Positions 8,302 through 15,522 are shown, counted from the first letter of the stretch. The stretch is DNA of 24,000 bases from Ktedonobacteria bacterium brp13 (GCA_015099395.1 AP024096.1:5721485-5745484), one strand, 5' to 3'. Numbers and translations are program-made. Notes: a model not told the origin generated them from the letters alone.

Positions 8302-8475
8302 GGTGACTTTTTTTCTTTACCCCAACACACCAGCGAGTTTATTTTCTTTTTGGGTGAGTTTCCAGGGACTTTTTATTTTCTCAGGCGAGTTTTGGGAAAT
8401 TTTTTATTCGGCAGGGTGAGTTTGATTTATTTGGTGTGAGTTCCAGGGTGAGTTTTTTATTTGGCTGGTGAGTTT
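8302..8475 (+). repeat. Eight same-strand copies of GGTGAGTTT-like motif with helically phased spacing
   Basis: Copies start at 8302 (GGTGACTTT), 8332 (AGCGAGTTT), 8353, 8384 (GGCGAGTTT), 8415, 8435 (TGTGAGTTC), 8447 and 8467. Spacings are 30, 21, 31, 31, 20, 12 and 20 bp, with T-rich spacers. Confidence 0.7.
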
Positions 8476-8574
8476 TTTTTATTCCCCTGTTCTGTTGAGT
8501 AAGATTTAGGTGATAGCCAAGAGGTTATCAGCGAATTCGGGGTTGCTTCGGTGCGGCGATTCGTGTTCAAGGGA

Positions 8575-8617
8575 GGCGGGTAGTTGCCTCTCAAAAATAA
8601 CCCTCAATTCTGAAAAC
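8575..8617 (+). repeat. Dispersed ~41-43 bp element, copy a (CRISPR-repeat-related)
   Basis: GGCGGGTAGTTGCCTCTCAAAAATAACCCTCAATTCTGAAAAC matches copy c (10976-11016) at about 34/43 positions. It shares the core GTAGTNNCCTCTCAAAAT with copy b. Confidence 0.7.
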
Positions 8618-8671
8618 ATATCCCCACACAAAAAACACCCTTGAGCTTTATTTCTCTTGGGTGTCTTCTAC

Positions 8672-9074
8672 CAATCAGTATCCTCTGCGGATCGTGGCCT
8701 CTGCAACCAAATTTATTGACATGATCAACTCATCAGGTTCGACTTTCAGTATCCTCAAGCGGATCGTGGCCTCTGTAACAATGGGCGTATTTCTGAAGTG
8801 GGCTATTACCACAGAGTTTCAGTATCCTCAAACGGATCGTTTCCTCTGCAACTACCAAGAGATGATTCTTTCTCAGAAGGCGGCGATTGTGTTTCAGTAT
8901 CCTCAAGCGGATCGTAGCCTCTGCAACCAGCAGACTTCGAGGCTGTCATTAAAACCATCAATGATCTTTCAGTATCCTCCAACGGATCGAAGCCTCTGCA
9001 ACTCAGTCTTGATCGACCCGGTTACTAGTGAGCCAGCCTTCCAGTATCCTCAAGCGGATCGAGGCCTCTGTAAC
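8672..9074 (-). CRISPR. CRISPR array, repeat family A (6 degenerate 36-37 nt repeats, 5 internal spacers)
   Basis: Repeats lie at 8672-8707, 8743-8779, 8816-8852, 8891-8927, 8966-9002 and 9038-9074. The plus-strand consensus is GTTTCAGTATCCTCAAGCGGATCGTGGCCTCTGCAAC. Spacers are 35-38 nt and unique. The reverse complement GTTGCAGAGG...ATACTGAAAC has the usual GTTGCA...GAAAC form, so I infer minus-strand transcription. Every repeat differs from the consensus. Confidence 0.85.
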
Positions 9075-9110
9075 AAACTGAAAATCGAGTGCGGCGATAT
9101 GCTAGAGACA

Positions 9111-9360
9111 GTTTCCATTCTAAACGGGTTCAGCAGGCCATTTAGCCAGACAAAAACAACCCTGTAGGAAGAGGATTTGTAGTTTCAATCCCCAATGGGT
9201 TCAGCAGGCCATTTAGCCACTGGAAATATGGGGTTTTTACATTTGAGCCGTTTCAATCCCTCACGGGTTCTGCTGGCCGTTTAGACAGAGACAACGCCGC
9301 GACGGTATACCACAGGTTGGGAAGTTTCAATCCCTGACGGGTTCTGCAAGCCATTTAGAC
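9111..9360 (-). CRISPR. CRISPR array, repeat family B (4 degenerate 37 nt repeats, 3 internal spacers), directly abutting family A
   Basis: Repeats lie at 9111-9147, 9182-9218, 9250-9286 and 9324-9360. The plus-strand consensus is GTTTCAATCCCTNACGGGTTCTGCAGGCCATTTAGAC. Its reverse complement ends in AGGGATTGAAAC. Spacers are 31-37 nt. A 36-nt spacer-like gap (9075-9110) joins it to family A with no leader between them. The AT-rich candidate leader is 9361-9630. Confidence 0.85.
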
Positions 9361-9552
9361 TGCCACTCTTCTAGAATAACATAGGAAGCTGTTCAATACA
9401 AGTGTTTCCGAACGTCACAAAAAATCCATCATAGCAAGGGAATGTAAGGGGGTGTACGTTTATGAAAAGGGAAAAGAAGCGGTTGAAATTGATGATCGGG
9501 GTATCAGTGATTTTTAGGATTGCTATGGCGCAAAGTGTTTGAAGCAAGACAT

Positions 9553-9578
9553 ACGCGTAGTAGCCTCTCAAAATCATC
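9553..9578 (+). repeat. Dispersed element, copy b (core only), inside the putative CRISPR leader
   Basis: GCGTAGTAGCCTCTCAAAATCATC shares the core GTAGTNGCCTCTCAAAAT with copies a and c. Confidence 0.5.
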
Positions 9579-9638
9579 TTCTTAGCCATACTTTGAACTT
9601 TATGGATTCATGAGCGTCTATATCGATAGAGGTGAAAT

Positions 9639-10931
9639 ATGGCAAATCAAGAGCATCTAGACGTCCTTAAGCAAGGAGTAGCGGTTTGGAATAAGTGGCG
9701 CGAGGAACATCCAAACATACAACCTGATTTGAACCAAGCCGTGCTTAATGGTCTTGATTTGAGCAGATATAACTTCAGTAACGTTCAACTTGTAGGAGCA
9801 TTTCTTCATCAAGCAAAACTCATTGAAGCAAATCTCAGCTCCACCACAGGAACCAGCACAGTTTTTAGTGAAGCGGATCTGAGCATGGCAAATTTAAGCT
9901 GTTCCAATTTTAGCAGAGCAAATTTTAGTCGTGCCAATCTTTATCATGTCAATCTTCAATATACCTATCTATTTGGAACCATGCTCAAACAAGCAAACCT
10001 GAATGAAGCAAAATTGGATGAAGCCCTCCTCAGTGAGGCTGACTTGAGTTTTGCCAGTCTTGTCACGGCAACGTTAACGAAAGCAAATCTCACCAGAGCG
10101 AACCTGAGCTATACCTGGCTTACTAACGCCGATCTTAGCAATGCCATTTTGGCCTCAGCTTACTTTGCAAATGCGAACCTTCCAGGCGTGTATCTTTGTC
10201 ATGCAATTCTTGTAGGAGCCAATTTTACTGATGCTGATCTTTACGCGGCTCATCTTGATAATGCAAATCTTGAGAGAGCCATCTTTGTTGGAACAAGGTT
10301 AAAAAAGGCAGACTTAAGCAATTGTTTCATTCATGGTATTTCATCCTGGAATGTTCAGCTTGAGGAAGCCACTCAACGTAATCTTATTATTACTCGGCGC
10401 AATGAGCCCAAGATCACTGTCGATAGCCTTGAAGTTGCTCAGTTTATCTACCTTCTCCTCAATAACCAGAAAATTCGCGATGTTATCAACACGATCACCT
10501 CGAAAGTGGTCTTGATATTGGGTCGCTTTACAGATGAGAGAAAACTAGTTTTAGACGCTCTAAGGGATGAACTGCATAAACATAACTATTCTCCCGTTGT
10601 ATTTGATTTTGATCCATCAGCAAAACGAGATCTGACAGAAACTATCAGTACTCTTGCTCATATGTCCCGTTTCATTATTGCCGATCTTACTGATGCTAAA
10701 AGCCTTCCTCAAGAACTACAAGCTATCGTGCCGAATCTCCCTTCGGTTCCTGTCCAACCTATCTTGCACATAGATGGTCGAGAATACGCTATGTTTGAGC
10801 ACTTCAAGCGCTATTCCTGGGTACTGGAAACCTACCGCTACCAAGATATTCCTACAATGCTTGCATCCCTCAATGAAAACATCATTGAACCAGCAGAAAA
10901 GAAGGCCATAGAGTTAGAAGGTCGAAGATAG
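9639..10931 (+). CDS. Pentapeptide-repeat protein fused to a C-terminal alpha/beta domain of unknown function
   Basis: AGAGGTG RBS. Residues ~30-235 are continuous A(D/N)LXX pentapeptide repeats (ANLSRANLYHVNL, ADLSFASL, ANLTRANLSY, ADLSNAIL, and more). The C-terminal ~150 aa (VVLILGRFTDERKLVLDALRDELHKHNYSPVVFDF...SRFIIADLTDAKSLPQELQAI) has a strand-helix-strand pattern reminiscent of TIR-like or nucleoside-deoxyribosyltransferase-like folds. This fold assignment is unverified. Confidence 0.85.
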   Translation: MANQEHLDVLKQGVAVWNKWREEHPNIQPDLNQAVLNGLDLSRYNFSNVQLVGAFLHQAKLIEANLSSTTGTSTVFSEADLSMANLSCSNFSRANFSRANLYHVNLQYTYLFGTMLKQANLNEAKLDEALLSEADLSFASLVTATLTKANLTRANLSYTWLTNADLSNAILASAYFANANLPGVYLCHAILVGANFTDADLYAAHLDNANLERAIFVGTRLKKADLSNCFIHGISSWNVQLEEATQRNLIITRRNEPKITVDSLEVAQFIYLLLNNQKIRDVINTITSKVVLILGRFTDERKLVLDALRDELHKHNYSPVVFDFDPSAKRDLTETISTLAHMSRFIIADLTDAKSLPQELQAIVPNLPSVPVQPILHIDGREYAMFEHFKRYSWVLETYRYQDIPTMLASLNENIIEPAEKKAIELEGRR

Positions 10932-10975
10932 CTGTGTTCAGGATTACTACAGTGCTAGTCGACGTGGTGAGGATC

Positions 10976-11016
10976 GGCGGGTAGTGACCTCTCAAAATAA
11001 TCCTATTTTCTGAAAC
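10976..11016 (+). repeat. Dispersed ~41-43 bp element, copy c
   Basis: GGCGGGTAGTGACCTCTCAAAATAATCCTATTTTCTGAAAC lies 45 nt after the pentapeptide gene stop. Confidence 0.7.
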
Positions 11017-11254
11017 TTGCTCGATAGAATAGGTACTCCTCTATTCAGTTAGGATTTCTAAATTCTTCTGCTGTTAATTTTGCTTGAGATTATATACCTT
11101 CTAACATCTCTAAATCGAGAGAAATAGATCGAAAAGCATTATTCGTTCGGTACTGTTTAGGTATATTTTAAGTAAATCATGTTGCCCCTCTTCCGAATAC
11201 CCTCCTCTTTGTCTCTTCTCATCGCGGACCTAGTGACTTCTCTACTCAATATGC

Positions 11255-12007
11255 TCACTTATTTTTTCGCCTTGTATCGTAAAGGTACAGAGCTACCGCG
11301 GAAACAACGGTAATAGCAGCAATATAAGTAAGTATTGTATCAAGCGGAGAAAGGGTATTAACTTGTGCCCTGCTATTGGTATTGATGGTAAACTCATAAA
11401 CTGATATGGAGATGCCAAGCATTAAAAGAAATGGAATCAAATAAGATATCATTGCACGATTATATTGCTGTTTTAATGCTTTGATTTGCGCATTAGCAAT
11501 TCTTCCCCCAACATAAATACTTTGATCTTCTCCGTCAATCAAGGTAGATATGGAAATTTCATCCTTTGGATTAAAAAGCTTTTTCTGAAGAGTTATTTCT
11601 GATCCCTGCCATTGGACAAAATCTTTCTTGTCTTCTGGTTTAAGAAAAAAGTTTTGTGGATCTGTATTTAGAACTTCTGCGCTTATAATTGTGGCTCCTT
11701 GGATTTGAATTGATAGGGGATCTTCAATATCATCTTTTTTGACTGCGTCATTTCCTGTATTTATAAGCTTAATAACTATGAGCCTGGGGCTATTCATCTC
11801 AGATCCATCCAGAAGGATTTTGATTCTATCTTTCATTTTTTCATTAATGCTAACCAAAGGAGCATTGGAGACAATCTCATAGGAAATTTCTTTCTTTAAT
11901 TTTTGCCGCTTGTAAATCCAAATAGCAACTATAATTGCGGTAACGCCTACCACTACAGCTACTATGATGTTTACTATAAATTGCGTTAATGGGCTTTGAA
12001 AATCCAT
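11255..12007 (-). CDS. Hypothetical membrane protein (1 N-terminal and 2 C-terminal TM helices flanking a beta-rich middle domain)
   Basis: A long ORF in an AT-rich region. I prefer the ATG at 12007 (GAAGGA upstream) over the GTG at 12046. The TM segments are FIVNIIVAVVVGVTAIIVAIWIY, ISYLIPFLLMLGISISVY and ILTYIAAITVVSAVALYLY. No recognisable family. Confidence 0.6.
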   Translation of the reverse strand: MDFQSPLTQFIVNIIVAVVVGVTAIIVAIWIYKRQKLKKEISYEIVSNAPLVSINEKMKDRIKILLDGSEMNSPRLIVIKLINTGNDAVKKDDIEDPLSIQIQGATIISAEVLNTDPQNFFLKPEDKKDFVQWQGSEITLQKKLFNPKDEISISTLIDGEDQSIYVGGRIANAQIKALKQQYNRAMISYLIPFLLMLGISISVYEFTINTNSRAQVNTLSPLDTILTYIAAITVVSAVALYLYDTRRKNK

Positions 12008-12284
12008 AATGGCAACATTTCCTTCTGTATCGCTGCTAATATTCACGTTTATTGATGCAATATTAATTCATATACATAAAAATATCAATACAAAAATAGG
12101 TCCACTTCTACCTTTTCTCTCTACAAGAACCCTCAATGAAACTGCGCCGCAGTCATCAAGTATTTCCGTCAAGCTCCGTAATCACTGTAAGCGGCTCCTC
12201 TACCACTCTTTAGATAGAAAGATCCACCATAACATTTATTTCGCTACCCCACCCCACTATAATTGAAAACATTTTTAGGTTTTT

Positions 12285-12378
12285 AAAACGATTTGACAAA
12301 CGGTTTTTACGTGCATTTTCTGTGTTCTGCTGCCTGTAAAACGATTTTCAAAATTGAAAACGATTTGACAAACGGTTT
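12285..12378 (+). repeat. Perfect 22-bp direct repeat pair AAAACGATTTGACAAACGGTTT, each containing TTGACA
   Basis: Copies lie at 12285-12306 and 12357-12378. Related AAACGATTTT and CAAACGGTTTTTA fragments are at about 12338 and 12388. Confidence 0.8.
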
Positions 12379-12486
12379 GTAAAAATACAAACGGTTTTTA
12401 GGTCTAAACGACTCCTCATGTCGCAAGCATGGGTTGTACAGCTATATTGACAGCAATAAATTACCACATTACATGGAGTCTCTTTT

Positions 12487-12698
12487 GGTTACATCAAAAA
12501 ATGTAACCTTACACGGGTTACATCACTCAGCTCTATCGCTTCATGTAACTTACATCAATCTCCGTGTAACCAGTAATTTTTTCATGTAACATTATATCCT
12601 AGCTTGGTGTAACCTTTCCTGGGTTACATCTACTAACTCGGAGAGTTACATTTAATTACGTGTAACATTACATCTAGGCTCTGTAGGTTACATGTAAC
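12487..12698. repeat. Iteron-like cluster of GTTACAT / (A/G)TGTAAC heptamers (candidate replication origin or operator array)
   Basis: GTTACAT occurs at 12488, 12517, 12623, 12645 and 12687. ATGTAAC occurs at 12501, 12543, 12584 and 12692. GTGTAAC occurs at 12564, 12607 and 12660. There are additional TTACAT(C) partial copies. The cluster includes the palindromes GGTTACAT-caaaaa-ATGTAACC (12487-12508) and GTTACATGTAAC (12687-12698). Confidence 0.8.
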
Positions 12699-12785
12699 AC
12701 TACAATCTCATTTCTATCGCTTCCCATTTGGATGTGTAAAAAATACGCCATCTGGGTTTGCCAGATGACGCATCATGTTAAGCAC

Positions 12786-13154
12786 TTATCTTGTCCTCAA
12801 GGCATAAGCGTTTCTTTCTATTGCTCTTCTTGCTTTGTATACGGTACGTACTGGATCATTTCGAACCTCGCTAGCTGTGTAGCGGATAACTGTCCAGCCA
12901 CGTGATTCAATGTATCGTTGGCGGCGCTGATCTCGTTGTACTTGTTCTGGTGAGGTGTGATACGCATCTCCGTCAATCTCAATAATTGTGCGGCTTTCTA
13001 GGTGAGCGAAATCGGCGTAGTAGGAGAATTTACCTGAGTGGTGAGGTATTTCATACTGAGGAATGAGAGGGTAGAGGATGTTCTGTTTGTGCCAGAATGA
13101 GAGGAAGCGGGTTTCCTGGTAGGAGGTTTGAGGAATGAAGGCATTTGTGGTCAT
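12786..13154 (-). CDS. DUF559/Vsr-like PD-(D/E)XK endonuclease-domain protein
   Basis: YYADFAHLESRTIIEIDGDAYHTSPEQVQRDQRRQRYIESRGWTVIRYTASEV matches the DUF559 pattern (D-F...E-x-D-G..H....D..R...L...GW.V.R). The RBS is GAAAGGAC. Confidence 0.75.
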   Translation of the reverse strand: MTTNAFIPQTSYQETRFLSFWHKQNILYPLIPQYEIPHHSGKFSYYADFAHLESRTIIEIDGDAYHTSPEQVQRDQRRQRYIESRGWTVIRYTASEVRNDPVRTVYKARRAIERNAYALRTR

Positions 13155-13451
13155 GCTACGAGTCCTTTCTTGGGGAGGTTAAAAAAGAAGTTGAGGGGGT
13201 TGAAGGTGGGTTGATGGGGGGAGGGAGCCTCACCGCTCCACACCCCGGCGATAGAAATGATTGTGTGGGGCTCGTTGGAAACATCCACTCTAATTCCTTA
13301 TTTCTATCGCTTTACTATAATTAATGAATAAAAACAAACAAACGATAAAGAACACATAGGACGGATAGGACACATAAAATCCCAGAAATGAGAAATGAAA
13401 AATCATAATCCCAAAAAGGGGAAATCATGTGTCCTATGCGTTCATCTGTTC

Positions 13452-14897
13452 TTAGAAGGAATTAGTAGATGAGCGATTAGTTGAGACTAATCGTAATCCT
13501 ACGTATCCACGTGTTTGTGTTCCAGGCATCTTGGGTCTTAACTCTACCTGCGGATATCTTTTCTTTATTGCTTGCGAGAAGTGTTTGCCTTTCTTCGGCT
13601 CCACTGCATTCTCTTCACACCAATGTCCGTAAGACCTTATAACGTCGCCGCTTGCCGCCTGGCCTTCCCCATCGATAATGGCGCAATCTTCAATCCATTG
13701 GGAAATGGTATCTAATTCTTTTCGCCTCTCCTGAACGTTTTTCTTAAGACATTCTGGTACGATGAGCCGTCCTTGCTTGTACCACTCGATTGCACCTTCG
13801 ACTGCCCAACGTAATACACCTTGTTTTGCTTCGTAAGTTCTGAGTCGTTCTTTAAGGCTAATGTCTTCCTTATCGAGGTGGCTATTTGGAAACTCTACGG
13901 CAATCAAACGTCCCCAGATAGCGTCATCGTCAACATCTGCATCGACTTCAAAGTTAGATGTAAGGCAGATCTTAAACTTGGGTTTAAATCGAAATTCATC
14001 CTTGCCTTTGTATGCCGCTACCAACTGGTTACCTCCAGTCATGACCTTGACCTTAGCTGCATTGAGCGATTGGTATCTTGCACTTTCAGATGCGAATACC
14101 ATAAGTGCTGGCTTAAGAGACGCGAGGTCAAAGTTATTTGTGTTCTCATCATTCTTTGCGACAAAGGTGTTGATGCTCTTTTCCTGAGCAATAGGATCAG
14201 GGAGTAAACTGTGTAGTGTTTCAGTAAACGTCCCTTTCCCTGAACGGGTTGGGCCATAAATGTAAAGCATCTTCTCTTCTCTGGTATGTCCTGTGAGCAT
14301 GTATCCACACCACATCTTTAGGATTTTTACTCCTCCTACGCTCGAAAGTAGAAATTGTTCCCATTCACGATAGTCGGCATTAGGGTCATACTCTACGTTA
14401 GCTACAAACGTGAATCCTTTATCGGGATTGTGCGGTAGCAGTTCACCTGTTTGTAGATTAATGAGGCCATTAGGTACTGGTAAAAAGTCTATTTCTTTGT
14501 CAAACTCAGTTATCTCTGTCGCTACGTAACTTTCTAGGAGAGACATAACTGCATTGATGTTGCTGGCATCTGCGCTGCATTTCTTTAGCAGTCTGTCATC
14601 GTTAGCTAGCGCTGCTACTGTTTTTCGTTTGCGAAGTGTATCGATTACCAAGTGTTTTACTGCATGTCGATTCGTTTCCCAATATTTGCCATTCCAAATT
14701 ATCCAGCTTTGTTGATCTGTATAGCGAATAAAATCCCCGTATAAGAAAGCTACAGCACGTGCGTTTCCGTCGTTGTCTGGTTCAAACTCTAAGAGTTTTA
14801 TTTGCTGCTCATTCAACTCCAGATCTCGAATATACCGTAGTTTATTATTTGCGAAATCTGATGTGTTGTCGCTGCTCCCGTAAGCAAAATTTTTCAT
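13452..14897 (-). CDS. Phage/plasmid primase, P4 family (D5_N-like region plus SF3-type NTPase)
   Basis: 481 aa. Walker A is YIYGPTRSGKGTF and Walker B-like is ALMVFASES. The N-terminal NGKYWE / LPVPNGLINLQTGELLPHNP region and the C-terminal ISQWIEDCAI...SYGHWCEENA are typical of P4-alpha/D5-like primase-helicases. Confidence 0.85.
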   Translation of the reverse strand: MKNFAYGSSDNTSDFANNKLRYIRDLELNEQQIKLLEFEPDNDGNARAVAFLYGDFIRYTDQQSWIIWNGKYWETNRHAVKHLVIDTLRKRKTVAALANDDRLLKKCSADASNINAVMSLLESYVATEITEFDKEIDFLPVPNGLINLQTGELLPHNPDKGFTFVANVEYDPNADYREWEQFLLSSVGGVKILKMWCGYMLTGHTREEKMLYIYGPTRSGKGTFTETLHSLLPDPIAQEKSINTFVAKNDENTNNFDLASLKPALMVFASESARYQSLNAAKVKVMTGGNQLVAAYKGKDEFRFKPKFKICLTSNFEVDADVDDDAIWGRLIAVEFPNSHLDKEDISLKERLRTYEAKQGVLRWAVEGAIEWYKQGRLIVPECLKKNVQERRKELDTISQWIEDCAIIDGEGQAASGDVIRSYGHWCEENAVEPKKGKHFSQAIKKRYPQVELRPKMPGTQTRGYVGLRLVSTNRSSTNSF

Positions 14898-14954
14898 ATA
14901 TGTTCTCTCTTTCGTAATTTAAAAATTGGAGATTTCTTCTCTCTGTTACTGGGC

Positions 14955-15170
14955 TTACATGCGTATGCGTCGATTGGTGTCGTTCTGCATGTGGTGGACA
15001 TCTGACATAAGCTTGATAGACAGATCTACTGCACAGTTACTATGGAGGGTGATAGCTCCCACACTGCCAACCCAATGAATTGCAGGATAGCTGATATTGT
15101 GCCCACAGTAGAAGCAGTATTTCTGAACGTTGTGTTGGTATGGGTGATCAATGCCACGGAGATACGCCAT
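14955..15170 (-). CDS. Small hypothetical protein with a Cys/His cluster (possible zinc-binding)
   Basis: I moved the start to ATG 15170, preceded by GAAAGGACC, the same SD-like motif as the neighbouring island genes. The sequence YCFYCGH...LHSNC suggests a CxxC...HxxC arrangement. Confidence 0.5.
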   Translation of the reverse strand: MAYLRGIDHPYQHNVQKYCFYCGHNISYPAIHWVGSVGAITLHSNCAVDLSIKLMSDVHHMQNDTNRRIRM

Positions 15171-15260
15171 GTTATGGTCCTTTCGTGCAAACAAAAAAAG
15201 CCGTTGACAATCGTGTCCAGGCTTCTTGTCAATGTTGCTATTCTATTGTTGTGTTTGCTT

Positions 15261-15428
15261 CTATCGCTGCCGGTATTTAAGAGCAGTTAGTACCGACCGA
15301 AGCACTTCAGGCTCAATGAGTTGATACTGCCCTACCTTTTGCACAGGAATACGTCCTTTCTTATGGTGGAACAGAACAGAGTTATAAGGTACGCCAATTG
15401 TTTTTGCTGCATCTTTCAATGTATGCAT
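15261..15428 (-). CDS. Excisionase/AlpA-like HTH DNA-binding protein
   Basis: I moved the start to ATG 15428, with AAGAAAGGACTCGTC upstream. MHTLKDAAKTIGVPYNSVLFHHKKGRIPVQKVGQYQLIEPEVL fits the MerR-type excisionase-family HTH pattern. 55 aa. Confidence 0.7.
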   Translation of the reverse strand: MHTLKDAAKTIGVPYNSVLFHHKKGRIPVQKVGQYQLIEPEVLRSVLTALKYRQR

Positions 15429-15522
15429 GACGAGTCCTTTCTTTGTATTGGTGTTGAGGAAACGCAATTTGAGCGGTAGAATTGTTGCTGCTTTGTTAAC
15501 TTCCATAATAAGTATACCAAGA

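Noticed and set aside
7419-8419. ORFs 7419-8093 (-), 7993-8229 (-) and 8000-8419 (+) around the tRNA
   Set aside because: They run through the tRNA-Arg gene, attL and the motif fields. They have no RBS and an odd composition. The shared peptide GTGRTRTADARFRK in 7419-8093 and 22129-22362 just reflects the duplicated att sequence.
8661-9167. 168-aa plus-strand ORF with a repeating FQYPQ(A/T)DRSLCN peptide
   Set aside because: The periodic peptide is simply the translation of the family-A CRISPR repeats in one open frame. It is not a repeat protein.
9371-9589. 72-aa minus-strand ORF next to the CRISPR array
   Set aside because: It lies in the AT-rich candidate leader, its start overlaps dispersed-element copy b, and it has no RBS or family resemblance. 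I also looked for cas genes here and elsewhere in the window and found none.
12009-12266. 85-aa plus-strand ORF in the AT-rich gap
   Set aside because: It overlaps the start of the minus-strand membrane gene and runs into the repeat field. It has no RBS and a low-complexity composition.
13821-14308. ORFs antisense or out of frame within the primase gene (13821-14207, 13861-14187, 14039-14308), and similar ones inside the TIR-MTase gene (18010-18255, 18380-18577, 19504-19686, 20328-20675, 20371-20646)
   Set aside because: They are nested in long, motif-supported genes and have no independent signals.
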